Assembly: GCA_977017645.1 (NCBI GenBank)
Contig: OZ360225.1
Coordinates: 172,608,001 to 172,672,000, forward strand
Direction of reading: 5' to 3'
Length of the DNA stretch: 64,000 bases
Origin: Torpedo marmorata
Taxonomy: Eukaryota
Shown here: positions 35,601 through 48,834 of the stretch, one piece after another
Layout of the letters: the number at the start of each line of letters is the position of its first letter
Numbering within the stretch: position 1 is the first letter of the stretch
Translations under genes and position numbers: made by a program
Notes under the pieces: generated by a model
Told to the model about the DNA's origin: nothing
The model's database searches: none
The model's input: the letters and a program-made list of their open reading frames with translations, nothing else

Positions 35601-36830
35601 CTAACCAGTAATGTTACTCCCCCCCTCTCCTACCTCCCATCCTATTCCTTTTAAAACACCTAAACCCTAGTACCTGCATCAGCCAATCCTGCCCTTCCTC
35701 CAGCCAAGTCTCCGTAACGGCCACATCGTAGTTCCACATACTGATCCATGCTCTAGGTTAATCCCCTTTATTCCTAATATGCCTAGTGTTCAAATAGACA
35801 CAGTTCAAATCCTCTAACTGGCTACATTTATGTTTTGTCCCCTGCCTGTCCCTCACAAACTCAGAACACAGAGCATCATGCTTTTGACCTTCTGCCCTAT
35901 TCTCTGCACTCACATTCTGGTTCCCACCCGCCTGCCAAACTAGTTTAAACCCTCCCCAACATCTCTAGCAAACCTGGCCACCAGGATATTGGTCCCTTTC
36001 CAGTTCAGGTGCAGCCCGTCCTTTTTGTACAGGTCAGACCTTCCCCAGAAGAGATCCAAATGATCCACAAATCTGAACCCCTGCCCCCTGCACCAACTCT
36101 TCAGCCATGCATTCATCTGCCACAACTTCATATTCACAGCACAGCACAGGCAGCAATCCCAAGATTACCACCCTTGAGGTCCTGCTTTTTAACTTCTTAC
36201 CTAACTCCCTCTTCAGGACCTCATCATTACTCCTATGTCATTGGTCCCCAAGTGGACCATGGCATCTGGCTGCTCACCCACCCCCTCCAGAATGCTGCGA
36301 ACTTGATCAGAGACTTCCCTGACCCTGGCACCTGGGAGACAACATACCATCCGGGAGCCTCGATCTCGTTCACAGAATCTCCTATCCACTCGTCTAACCA
36401 ACGAGTCCCCAATCACCATAGCTCTCCTCTTCTCCCCTTCCCTTCCAGAGACGTGACCACCACAACTTGTCCCTGGTAGATCGTCCCCCCCAACAGTATC
36501 CAAAACAGTATACTTATTTTTGAGGGGAATGGCCACAGGGGTGCTCTGTACTGTCTGCTTATTCCCCTTCCCTTTCCTAACAGTCACCCAGTTACCTGCA
36601 TCCTGACATTTGGGGGTGACTGTCTCCCTGAAGCTCCTCTCTAACACTGCCTCTGCCTCCCGAATGATCCGGAGTTCATCCAGCTCCAGCTCCAGTTCCC
36701 TAACTCGGTCTCCCAGGAGCTGCAGCTGGATGCACCTCTTGCAGGTGTAGTCATCAGGGACAATTGTGCTGTCCCAGATTTCTCACATCCTGCAATCGGA
36801 GCACTCGACTGCCCTAGCTGCTGTCTCCAT
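32692..36830 (-). mobile_element. Near full-length decayed CR1 LINE
   Basis: (ATGTTCT)n tail at 32692-32712, RT blocks in ORFs 33436-34526, endonuclease 34746-35810, esterase ORF1 35940-36830 starting METAARAVECSDC. Confidence 0.95.
35163..35415 (-). mobile_element. Short non-coding retroposon sharing its 3' ~125 bp with the SINE3
   Basis: Interrupts CR1 codons EWCRK|YRVVV with ATTTC on both sides (35158-35162, 35416-35420). Minus strand ends ctgtctgcctt...tttcatg...tattactatgacaataaattgaatctt. Confidence 0.8.
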
Positions 36831-38310
36831 TAACTCTTCCTAATTTAAATATAAATATCTTATCTGGCCTTACCTCACTGGAATCAAGCTCATCCTGAGG
36901 AGAGATGTGAAGATTTATTTTCTGCACATTTTTTTGCAAGTCTGTGTTATTTGGCATCCTTAGCCTGAAAGGGTGCGATAAGCAGGCTCAATTGTTATAT
37001 TCCAAAGGGAATTTCATATGCTCTTGAAAGGAAAACTATTTGCTGAACTTGGTGAAAAAGAAAAAAAAAGGAATGAAGCTAATGAAACAGTTCTTTCAAA
37101 GAAGCATTAAATGCAAATGGGCCTATTGTAAATTTGTACTATCCATGGATAAGATCCCAGGTGAACCACTTGGAAAGGCTATTGTAAGGCTTCAGGTATG
37201 AAACACTATTATGTGAAGAGCAAAAAATGCAATTGGGAACAATAATGGCCCCCAATCCAAAATGTTGACCATCGTTTTGCCTCGAAAAATGCTGTTTGAC
37301 CTTCAGCTGAGTTCCTCTTGTTTGATTTTGCTCCAAAAATGCCATTGGATTTTGGTTTGAATTGGTGAAAGAGAAAAACACCTTCCTGTACTATTCTAAT
37401 CCTAACCATAAACTATGCCATGACCACCAAAATATCTGTCTGCACTACTGAAACAACACCTTATTTTTCCTGCTCTAACTGTGAATATTTATTGATATAT
37501 ACCAGTATTTTGATATTTATCATCTCTTTTTCTGGCTTGCATTTGTGGCAACTTAACATTTCACTACAGGTGCCTAACCTTTTATCCGAAAACCTTGGGA
37601 CCGGATACTTTTCGGAAATCGGATTTTTTTGGATTATACAATTATAGAGGCCGACGTCTCCGCTGCTGCCGGGAGGCCGACGTCCCCTCTGCTGCCGACC
37701 CCGGAGGCCGACGTCACTGGCCCTGTTGTGATTTGGAACGCCGACCAAGATGCTGACCTGCCGGGAGGCTGACGCCGGATCTGATGCTGACCTGCCGGGA
37801 GGCCGATGCCGGCATTGTTCGTGAGCTGCCGAGAGGCCGACGCCGGATTTGCTTCTGACCTGCCGGGAGGCCGACACCGGCACTGCTCCTGTCCTTCCGG
37901 GAGGCCGACACCGGCACCGCTTCTGCGTTGTGATTTGGAATGCATGCGCAGATTTCCGTCGCTCTCTCTCCCTCTTCAATTTCTCTCCTTCCCCAGCAAA
38001 TGCAATCTGCGCATGCGTTGTAAATTGGAGGCGCTGGACGGGGTGGGGGGTGGGGGGGTTGGTTTACAGCGGCGTCTGTACCTGTATGACGTTTCCGTTG
38101 CTGCCGGGAGGCCGACGTCCCCGACGTTCCACTAACTACCGACGCGGACCGACACGGGATTTTCAAGCGTGAGTTAAGTGGGGGCGTGGCGTGATGGCGT
38201 AGGTTGGAGATGTGGAAATACACCTCTCCCTACAGAATTAATTAAAACCTGTTAAAAAAAAACATTTTTGCTTATTAAAACAGTTAAGATTGTTTATTAA
38301 CGATTGAAGA

Positions 38311-39760
38311 ATGTCCACTAGAAAAAGGAAGGAGCAAAAGTCAAAGAAAATGGTGTTTAAAGAAAGTTTAATTCAAGAGGAAGATCGGCCTACCTTAGCG
38401 ATGGAGCCTCGGGATCAAGTTCCTCTCCCCCCCAGGAAGATGCAGACAAGGACGGTGAAGGTAATTGCAGCACCAGTGCCGTCCTCCTGGGGAGATGGGG
38501 AAGATGGCGCTGGTGCTCGAAGAAAGACTAAGGAACTACAACGTGAGAGTGACTGACCGCGCATGTGTGAAACGACGCACACGCGCGATAAAGAACGGGA
38601 ACTGTCAGCTAAGGCTGACAGCAGAGGAAAAGTTTCTCACCTATATCGTTATGAAGCAGGACAAGAACTATCATCATCAACAGAGTCAGAAGATAAAAGG
38701 AGGGAGGAAGAAATATATGAAGAACTGGAAGGAGGGATACAAGAGATGGAGGGAGAGGAGCAAGAAGAAATAAGTGGAGAAGAGGAGGCTCAAATACTTC
38801 AAGGTAAACAAGAATTATCAGCTACTTTTATTCAAGCTATGGATAAATTAACAAACCAAATGTTAATATTGAATCAACGTATGCAACATGGATTTAATGA
38901 AGTTAAGGAAGAAATGAAAGATATTAAACAAGATATGAAAAAATATACAAATATTGTGGACAAAGTAACATTGAAGGTCAAAAAATTGAAGAGGATGTTA
39001 AAGAACACTATGAAGAAATGATGGACTGTAAAGATAGAGTTGAAAAAGTGGAAGACTCATTTACAGGTTGGGAGCAACAAAGAAAGGAACTTTTACAAAA
39101 AATAGATGTATTGGAGAATCAGAGTCGGAGAAATAATGTTAAAATCGTGGAACTGCCCGAAGATTTTGAAGGGATGAATTCAACTATATTTTTTCAAAAA
39201 TGGATTCCAGAGACTTTGGGTACTGATCATTTTCCAAATGGACTTGAATTAGATAGAGCTCATAGAGATAGTAGAAGGAAACCATATCCTGGTCAAAGGC
39301 CACATTCAGTCTTCATTAGATGTCTTCGATACCAGGATAAAGAGATGATATTGAAATTAGCTGTTCAAAATGCAAGGAAGTACCAGGGTTGATTGATGAT
39401 TGATAAAAATAGGGTATTTTTTTATGCTGATCTGAGTACGGCAATAATAAAAAAATGAAAAGAATTTAATCCAGCGAAAGCAGTTTTGTGGAGTAAAGGA
39501 TACAAATTTTCATTAAATATCCTGCAACATTGAAGATACAGTCTGCAGAGAATCAATCATTCTTTTTCACTGACTATCAAGAAGCTTAGCAGCATGCAAA
39601 TTTACTTCCGGAATTAAAGAAAGATCAAGATTTTTTGGGGCAATATCAAGTTATTCTACAGACTCAGGAACTGCTTTCACCAAGAGCTTCAGGACAAGAA
39701 AATGTGGTCGTAATCGATGAGAATCAAGTTAATAGAGAGTTTGAAGAAGCTGGATGAAGA
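38311..39760 (+). pseudogene. L1-A ORF1 (frameshifted)
   Basis: Coiled-coil followed by LENQSRRNNVKIVELPE and LDRAHR, typical L1 ORF1p RRM motifs. Confidence 0.88.
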
Positions 39761-40043
39761 AATGATAACAAATGTTCTGGAAAATCTGTTTGGGGGGGTG
39801 GACTTTTTGTCTTCTCCGTACCTAGTCACACGTCACCTTAGTAGCGAGGGCCACTTCCCGAACAATAGAGGGTGGTAGTACTGGTGTAAATATACCAGTA
39901 TTATATATAGTGGAATTTTTAGTTTTTTTATTTTCCTTTTATTTCTTTTTTTCTTTTTCTTTCTAAGGAGATGTCAAATAGATTACAAATGTGGAAGGGG
40001 AAACCAGCAGGTCTGATGGAGAGAGAGTTATTAAATATTAGAA

Positions 40044-41608
40044 ATGGCAGATAGTAAATTAATAAATGTAGTAAGTATTAATGTAAATGGGCTAAATAAT
40101 CCAATTAAAAGGAAGAAAACTTTAGAATATATTAAAAAGTTAAAAGTTGATATAGCTTTTTCACAAGAGACACATTTGACAGATATAGAACATCAGAAGT
40201 TGAAAAGAGAATGGGTTGGTCAAATGGTAGCGTCTTCATTTAATTCTATAGCAAAAGGAGTTGCTATATTGATTAATAAAAAGTTACCCTTTAAAATACA
40301 ATCAGTGGTGACAGATGTGTCAGGAAGATACGTCTTAATAAATTGTCAGATATATTCAGAAATGTGGATACTCATAAATATATATGTGCCAAATATGCAA
40401 GATGAACAATTTATTCAAGATTCCTTTATGCATTTGTCAGAAGCAAATGATAATATTTTAATTGGTGGAGATTTCAATTGTTGTTTAGATCCAATAATGG
40501 ATAAAACATCGAAATTAACTATTAGAACTAAAACTGCTAAAATAATTCTTACTTTGATGAAAGATTTGAATTTAATAGATATTTGGAGGAAGTTGAATCC
40601 GAGAGAAAAAGATTATTCCTTTTATTCTTTTAGACATGATTCTTATTCTAGAATAGATATGTTTTTACTGTCAGCACAATTGGAAGATAGGGTGAATCAA
40701 GCACAATATAAAACAACAATAATTTCTGATCATTCGCCTCTATTAATGTCATGTATAATTCCAGAAAAAGAAAAAATTATATATAGATGGAGATTTAATT
40801 CCTCTTTATTGAAAAGAACGGATATTTGTAATTATATAAGAGAAATTCAAGAATTTTTACAGATTAATTCTGATTCGATTGACAATAAATTTATTATTTG
40901 GGAGGCTTTGAAAGCTTATTTAAGAGGTCAAATAATAAGTTATTCAGCAAAAATTAAGAAGGAATATATTCAGGAATTGGATAATTTGGAGAAGGAGATT
41001 GAGTTTTTGGAGAAGGATTTGCAAAAAAAGAGATCAGAAGAAAAGAGGAAAAATTTAACTGAAAAAAAATTATATTATATTACGTTACAAACATATAAAA
41101 TAGAAAAATTAATTGAAAGAACTAAGCAAAGATATTATGAATTGGGAGAAAGAGCTCATAAAGTCTTAGCCTGGCAATTAAAGAAAGAACAAACCTCTGG
41201 AACTATAACAGCTATAAAAATGAATTCTAAGAAAATAACATACAAACCTCGAGAAATAAATGATTCTTTTAAGGATTTTTATTTAAATTTATATAAATCT
41301 CAAACTGATAAAGATTATTCTAAAATTAATGAATTTTTACCTAAAATTAAGTTGCCTAGATTAAATATTCAAAGTAAAGAATTTTTAGATTCATTGTTTA
41401 TGATGAGAGAAGATAATGAGGTTCTTAGTTCTTTAACAAGTGGAAAATCTTCGGGGGAGGATGGTTTCCCATCAGAATTTTATAAGGAATTTAAGGATTT
41501 ATTGATACCTCCTTATAAGGAGGTGTTAAAACAGATAACGGAAACTCATTCTCTACCGGAAAAAATTTCAAATGCAATAATAACAGTTATACCTAAAAAA
41601 GATAGAGA
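40044..41608 (+). pseudogene. L1-A ORF2 N-terminal half (APE endonuclease to pre-RT)
   Basis: SINVNGLN, QETH, GGDFN, SRIDMF, SDHSP, GKSSGEDGF. Confidence 0.93.
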
Positions 41609-43044
41609 TTTTTTTAATTTTTTAAATTTTTTAAAAAATATTTTATTTTAAAATTTGAATTTTCTCACAGTAGTACAACATACGTAATATACATTATTAA
41701 TTCCAGTAAATAAAAAAATAATTTGTATTACAGTGTATCTAACTCATCCCTTAACCCACCCTCTATAATGTTGCTACCCCACCCTCCACCCTTCCCCTCC
41801 CTTTTATTCCCTCCCCTTACTAAAAACTAAAAGAAAAAAACAGAAAGGAAGGCATTGGTATTACTTATTAAAAAAAAACATCTGCACGGATCGCTGTTGG
41901 GTCCACGATTCAATGCGTGGCATTCAATAGTATTTATTCTTTAAATTTAAGAGAGTCAACAGGGTCTAGGATGTAGAGCAACACATTTAAATGTTCATAC
42001 CTAATGATTGGATATATGGACGCCAAATTTGCAAAAATATCCCATATTTGTTTCTCATATTATATGTTATTTTTTCCAATGGAATACAACTCCGCATCTC
42101 TATATTCCATCTATCCATGCCTAAATTTGTATCTGATTTCCAGGTTACTGCTATACACTTCCTTGCTACTGCTAAAGCAATTTTTACAAATTTCAATTGA
42201 TATGTAGATAACTTCAACTTTGGTCTAGTTCCTTCCACATTCCCTAATAAAAATAAATCAGGATTCTGTGGAAATGTAACACCGGTAATTTGTTTTAACC
42301 GTTTCCCTAACTCTGTCCAAAAACATTTTACTTTAGGGCATAACCATGTTGAATGTAGAAAGGTTCCCTTCTCTTCACCACATCTAAAACACTTATTTGA
42401 TAATGTAGATTTTATCTTATTCAATTTCTGTGGTGTAAGATATAATTGATGTAAAAAATTATACTGTAGAAATCTATATCTTACATTAATAGTATTGGTT
42501 ATAGTATCTTGACATAAATCCGACCATCTTTTTTCATCAATCATAACATTAAGATCTTGCTCCCATCTTTGTCTAGATTTATGAAGTCCTTGTTTTAAAA
42601 CTCCCCTTTGTAACAAAGAATACATTATAGAAGTAAATTTTTTAATATTTTAATATTGCCTTTCCTAATAACGGTTTCTACCTCACTACAATCTTGTAAC
42701 AACATATCCGGACCTAGTTTGCAGCTGACAATGTAGCAAGATTACTTAGTATTGTTCATTTAGCTCAAAAAAGAAAAGTACTATGTGTCGCGGTGGCACT
42801 AGATGCAGAGAAACCTTTTGATAGACTGAAGTGGGATTTTTTGTTTAAAGTATTGGAGAAATTTGGATTTGGGAGGATTTATATAGATTGGATTAAAGCA
42901 TTATATAATGCTCCAAAAGGTAAAGTAGTGACTAACGGACAAATATCAACTTCGTTTTGTTTGACAAGATCTTGCCGACAAGGGTGCCCATTGTCACCAG
43001 CTTTATTTATATTATCTATAGAACCATTGGCAGAGGCAATTAGA

Positions 43045-46000
43045 CAATAGACAATAGGAGCTGGAGTAGGCCCTTCGGCCCGTCGAGACAGCACCGCCAT
43101 TTTACAGATCATGGCTGATCACTACTATCAGTACCCCTTACCAGCCTTATCCCCATAACCCTTAACTCCTCTGCCCACTAGAGTCTTATCTAACTCTCTT
43201 TTGAACATAATCAGCGAATCTGCCTCTACCACCCTCTGTGGCAGAGCATTCCACAGATTCACACTTCTCTGGGTAAAAAAATTTTTCCTCATCTCCGTCC
43301 TAAAGGGCCTTCCCTGTATTCTTAAACTATGCCCTCTCGTCCTCGTCTCTCCCATCATTGGGAACAAGTAATCTGACTTCACCCTGTCTATCCCCTTGAT
43401 AATTTTGTATACCTCAATCATGTCCCCCCTCATCCTTCTAAACTCCATCGGATATAAGTCCAGTTTTTCTAACCTTTCAGCATATGTCAACCCTGCCATC
43501 CCTGGAACTAACCTTGTAAATCTGCGCTGCACACCCTCTATAGCTAGTATGTCCTTCCTCAAATTTGGAGACCAGAATTGGACGCAATACTCCAGGTGGG
43601 GTCTCACCAGGGCCCTGTACAACTGCAGAAGGGCGTCTCTGCTCCTATACTCCAATCCCCTCTTTATGAAAGCCAACATGCCATTTGCCTTCTTCACAGC
43701 TTTCTGAACCTGCATGTTAGCCTTCAGTGACCGGTGAACAAGTACACCCAGATCCATTTGCACTTCCCCACTCCCTAGCTTGTCTCCATTTAAATAATAC
43801 TCAGCTTTCCTATTTCTGCCCCCAAAATGGATAACCTCACATTTGCTCACATTGAACTTCATCTTCCATTCTTCAGCCCACTCCCCCAACCTGTCCAAGT
43901 CCCTCTGCATTTTCCTGACATCCTCTTCACACTTTACACCGCCACCCAGTTTAGTGTCATCTGCAAATTTGCTCATGTTATTAATAATCCCATCATCCAA
44001 ATCATTTACATAAATGACAAACAACTGAGGACCCAACACCGATCCCTGCGGCACTCCACTCGTCACATCCTGCCATCCTGAAAAAGACCCGCTTACCCCA
44101 ACCCTTTGTTTCCTATTTCTTAACCAACTTCGTATCCATGTCAGCACCTTACCTTCAATACCATGCTCCCTGATCTTGTCCACTAGTCTCCCGTGCGGTA
44201 CCTTATCAAAGGCCTTCTGGAAGTCCAAATAAACCACATCCACTGGCTCTCCCAAGTCCACCCTTTTTGTCACATCTTCGAAAAATTCCAGAAGGTTAGT
44301 CAAGCATGACTTACCCTTAAGGAATCCATGCTGACTAGCCCTTATACTATTATTTCTGCCTAAGTGTTCTGCTATTACTCCTTTTATGATAGATTCCAAT
44401 ATCTTCCCCACCACTGACGTCAGGCTGACCGGTCTATAATTTCCCGTTTTCTCCCTCCCTCCCTTCTTAAAAAGCGGCACCACATCAGCCACTCTCCAAT
44501 CCACAGGGACCTCCCCCGAATCTATGGAGCTTTGGAAAATGTCGACCAGTGCCTCCACAATTTCCAGAGCAACCTCTTTAAGCACCCTGGGATGCAGCCC
44601 ATCAGGCCCTGGGGATTTATCAGCCCTCAGTCCCAACAATTTACTCACAACCTCCTGCTTCTGGATCCGGATATCTATCAGATTCCCTACTTCCCCAGGA
44701 AAGTTCCCCAAGTCTCTTGATACTGCATGACCACTACCCCCTAACTGACCATAACCTATATCCTCCTTGGTGAAGACAGATGCAAAGTACTTGTTAAATT
44801 CCTCAGCCATTTCCTTGTTTCCAGTAATAATTCCACCCTTTTCCATTCTTAATGGCCCAATTTTAGACCGAACCAATTTCTTCCTCTTCACATATTTAAA
44901 AAAGCTTTTGCTATCCTCTATTATATTACTTGCTAATTTCCTCTCGTACTTCATTTTCCCCTCTCGTATGACTTTCTTAGTTACCCTCTGATGTTCTTTG
45001 AAGGTTTCCCAATCCTCTAGCTTCCCACTCTGCTTCGCTATCTTATACTTACTCCCTTTGGACTTGATAATGCCCTTGATTTCATTAGTTAGCCACGGCT
45101 GCCATTTGCATCTCCTTGAGCCTTTCCTCCACTTTGGAATGAATTTGTCCTGAATCCTGTGAAAAATGTCCAAAAATACCTGCCATTTTTCCCCAGTTGT
45201 CCTCCCAGCTAGTGTATCTTTCCATTTTATTTTGGCTAGCTCCTCCCTCATAGCTGCATAATCCCCTTTATTTAACTGCAGTATAGATGCTTCCGACTTC
45301 CTTTCTTTTTCCCTTTCCAATTGCAGATCAAAAGTAACCATACCATGGTTACTATTCCCTAATGGCACCCCTACTTCGAGGTCACTAATTAACTCTGCGT
45401 CGCTGCACAGCACCAACTCCAGAATCGACTTCCCCCTGGTAGGTTCCTCCACTAGCTGCTCCATGAATGTGTCTCGTAGACATTCTATAAACTCACTCTC
45501 TTGTTTTCCTGCCCCCGTCTGATTTTCCCAGTCCACCTTCATGTTGAAGTCCCCCATAACTACCGTATTGCTACCACTTTGACATGCCACTCTTAATTCC
45601 TGATTTATACTACTTCCTATATCTGAGCTATTTTTCGGAGGCCTGTAAATGACCCCCATTATGGTCTTCATGCCTTTGCAATTTCTTAATTCTATCCAAA
45701 CAGACTCTACCCCACCTGTTTCAATGTCTTTCCTTTCAAACGCCTGAACTTCATTACTTACCAACAGAGCTACCCCACCACCTCTTCCTAACTTTCTGTC
45801 CTTTCTATAGGACGTGTACCCTGGAACATTTATTTCCCAATCCTGTCCCTCCTGCAGCCATGTCTCCGTAACTCCGATAATGTCATAACCTCCCATTGCC
45901 ATTTGCGCCTCAAGCTCATCCATTTTATTCCTTACACTCCGTGCATTCATATACAATACCTTGATACCATATCTCCCTTCTTCCTCCACCTTTGTTTCTG

Positions 46001-46305
46001 ATGCACTTGCCCCTACTCTCCTATCTCTTTTAGTTCCCTTTTTCCTTATGGTTTCACCGTCTATCGGAACCACCCCTATATTCACTCTCCTATCTGCTTC
46101 CCTATCAGTCCTGTTCCCTTCCCCCTGCCAAATTAGTTTAAATCAAATCCAACAGCATTATTAAACGTAACTGCTAGTATATTGGCCCCCTTTGCATTCA
46201 GGTGTAAACCATCCCTCCTGTAGAGGTCTTGTCTCCCCCAGAAGAGATCCCAATGGTCTATGAACCTGAATCCCTGCACTCTGCACCATTCCTTCAGCCA
46301 CACAT
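43045..46305 (-). mobile_element. Young CR1 LINE (5'-truncated within ORF1 esterase) inserted in L1-B
   Basis: (CTATTGT)n tail, TTAGA on both flanks (43040-43044, 46306-46310) and ORF1 end ...DGLHLN at 46133-46305. Confidence 0.95.
43128..46085 (-). CDS. CR1 ORF2, uninterrupted APE endonuclease-reverse transcriptase (985-codon frame; true start uncertain)
   Basis: YMNARS, GVTETW, MGDFN, SNH (canonical SDH), [25 protein letters not shown]; no stops. Confidence 0.93.
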   Translation of the reverse strand: MNIGVVPIDGETIRKKGTKRDRRVGASASETKVEEEGRYGIKVLYMNARSVRNKMDELEAQMAMGGYDIIGVTETWLQEGQDWEINVPGYTSYRKDRKLGRGGGVALLVSNEVQAFERKDIETGGVESVWIELRNCKGMKTIMGVIYRPPKNSSDIGSSINQELRVACQSGSNTVVMGDFNMKVDWENQTGAGKQESEFIECLRDTFMEQLVEEPTRGKSILELVLCSDAELISDLEVGVPLGNSNHGMVTFDLQLEREKERKSEASILQLNKGDYAAMREELAKIKWKDTLAGRTTGEKWQVFLDIFHRIQDKFIPKWRKGSRRCKWQPWLTNEIKGIIKSKGSKYKIAKQSGKLEDWETFKEHQRVTKKVIREGKMKYERKLASNIIEDSKSFFKYVKRKKLVRSKIGPLRMEKGGIITGNKEMAEEFNKYFASVFTKEDIGYGQLGGSGHAVSRDLGNFPGEVGNLIDIRIQKQEVVSKLLGLRADKSPGPDGLHPRVLKEVALEIVEALVDIFQSSIDSGEVPVDWRVADVVPLFKKGGREKTGNYRPVSLTSVVGKILESIIKGVIAEHLGRNNSIRASQHGFLKGKSCLTNLLEFFEDVTKRVDLGEPVDVVYLDFQKAFDKVPHGRLVDKIREHGIEGKVLTWIRSWLRNRKQRVGVSGSFSGWQDVTSGVPQGSVLGPQLFVIYVNDLDDGIINNMSKFADDTKLGGGVKCEEDVRKMQRDLDRLGEWAEEWKMKFNVSKCEVIHFGGRNRKAEYYLNGDKLGSGEVQMDLGVLVHRSLKANMQVQKAVKKANGMLAFIKRGLEYRSRDALLQLYRALVRPHLEYCVQFWSPNLRKDILAIEGVQRRFTRLVPGMAGLTYAERLEKLDLYPMEFRRMRGDMIEVYKIIKGIDRVKSDYLFPMMGETRTRGHSLRIQGRPFRTEMRKNFFTQRSVNLWNALPQRVVEADSLIMFKRELDKTLVGRGVKGYGDKAGKGY

Positions 46306-47127
46306 TTAGAAGTGATTTGGCAATTAAGGGATTTATATTTGGTCAAGAGCAACATAAAATTAGTTTATTTGCGGATGATGTTTTAATATATTTGACAGAG
46401 CCTGAGACTTCTCTGCAAAGATTGCAGTTTAAATTGGAGGAATATGGGAAAGTTTCTGGTTATAAGATAAACTGGGATAAAAGTGAAATTATGCCTCTTA
46501 CAGAGGGAGACTATACTTTATGTAAAAGAAGCACTCAGTTTAAATGGCTACATAATGGGATAAAATATCTCGGGATTCGAACAGATAATAATTTTAAAAA
46601 ATTATATAAGTGGAATTATTTACCACTGCTTAAAAAGATTTGTAAAAATGGATTAATTTACCTATTACATTGATAGGAAGAGTTAACTGTATTAAAATGA
46701 ATATATTTCCAAGGATACAGTATTTGTATCAAACTATACCTATTTTATTACCACAGGTTTTTTTCCAGGATTTAAATAAACAAGTGCGAAAATTTCTTTG
46801 GAAAGGTAAAATGTCAAGAGTTTCTATGGAATGTTTAACTTGGAAATATGAATTGGGAGGTTTACAACTCCCTAATTTTAAAAATTATTATCGAGCGGCA
46901 CAAATGAGATTTTTTACTTCCTTGTTTGAAAGTGAAGGAAGACCTGCATGGGTTGGAATAGAGCTTGGAGAAATAGGAGAAAAGGTACCAGAAGAATTTA
47001 TATATAAATGGAATTCAAAATTATTGACAGGTGTTGAAGAAACACCGTTACTAAAACATTTGATTAATGCTTGGAACAAGATTAATGATGAGATAGGGAT
47101 GAAAGGAACGATATTACCTAAAACGTC

Positions 47128-48834
47128 TTTTTTTTTAAAAAAAAATTATTTTTTTATTTTTTTTATAATTTTATTTAAATTTTAAAATCACAAAATACAT
47201 AAATCAAAAATAATATATCATTCCAAGTACATGTGATATATTTCCTCCCCCCTCCCACCCTCCCCTCCCCAACCCCCCCAGCACTATTCCAAAAAAAAAA
47301 AGAATATTAGTTATAAAGAAAAAAAAAGAAAATAATTGAATAATAAAGAATTAAAGAATTAAAGTGAGGAGAAAACAAATTACAAGCTAATTCTATTTAT
47401 ATATTGGAGGTTAGTTTTGCCAGCGGAGCCGACTTCTAGAGAATTAATTCATACCCATAATTCTCATATATGGGCTCCAAATTTTCAAAAAGAAATGATA
47501 TTTATTACGTAAATTATATGTAATCTTTTCCAATGGTATACATGAACGTAATTCTGCATGTAATCTATCTAAATTCAAATCTAAATCTGATTTCCAAGTA
47601 ATAGCAATACATTTTTTTGAAACCGCTAAAACAATTCGCAAAAATTCTATTTGATACATATTCAATCTATTTCTAATACTAAATTTTTTAATATCTCCAA
47701 ATAAAAATAACATAGGGTCCATTGGAACCGTAATATTAAAAATTCTATCCAAAAAATCTTTAACTTTAGACCAAAAGTCCTTAATTTTAGAACATAACCA
47801 TGTTGAATGAACAAACGAACCAATTTCATCCTTACATCTAAAACACATATCTGATAATGCCGGATTAAATTTCTTTAATTTTTTAGGTGTTAAATATAAT
47901 TGATGAAAAAAATTATATTGTACTAATCTATACCTAACATTAATAATTTTAGTCATACTCAGTTTACATAAATCTTTCCAATGTTTTTTATCTATATTAA
48001 TATTTAAGTCTGATTCCCAACTTAATCTTGATTTATGAAATCCTACCTTAGGCATTTTTCTCTGAAGTAATTTATACATTTGTGATGTAAATTTGTTAAC
48101 ATTTCCATTAGTAATTAATAATTCTAATCCATCCTGTCTTGGAGCTATTAATTGATTCCCCAATTTCTCAACTAAAAATCCTCTAACTTGATAATAAGCT
48201 AAAATTGTATTATCCAATATTCCAAATTTTTCTTTCAGCCTGGAAAATGTAACAAATCTTCCAGCCTCAAAACAATCTTTAATCTTCTTAATTCCTTTTT
48301 GAAACCATAATTTTAAAAATTGATTATCAATAGAAAAAGGTAATAATAAATTCTGATACAGTGGCGTATTTGGAGATAATAACCCTTTTCGTCCTATCTC
48401 ATTGTCTAACTGTGTCCAAATTTCCAACAAATGTTTAATAATCGGTGAATTTTTCTTTTTAACTAATAATAATTTAGAATTCCATTTATAAATAATATCT
48501 TCTTTATATCTCTCCCCTATATTATTCAATTCTATATTAATCCAAGCAGTAGATTTAGTTCAATCAAAAAATTCATTAATAAACTTTAATTGAGCTGCCT
48601 TATAATAATATAAAAAATTGGGGAGTTGTAATCCACCCATCTCGTAATTCCAAGTTAATTTATCCATACTTACTGTCGCTAATTTTCCCTTCCATAAAAA
48701 TTTCCTAATAATAATTTTTAAATCTTTTAAAAAATTTTGAGGAATTCCAAAAGGAATAGATTGAAAAAGGTATTGAACTCTTGGAAAAATATTCATTTTA
48801 ATACAATTCACTCTTCCCATTAAAGTTATAGGTA
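47128..48834 (-). mobile_element. L1-C: 5'-truncated L1 inserted in L1-B
   Basis: Poly(T) at 47128, 12-bp TSD acctaaaacgtc (47116-47127, 48835-48846), ORF2 C-terminal pieces at 47444-48820. Confidence 0.92.

Noticed and set aside
37461-38223. Transposase or host ORFs in the MITE
   Set aside because: ORFs are translations of GC-rich repeats; no DDE or HTH motifs.
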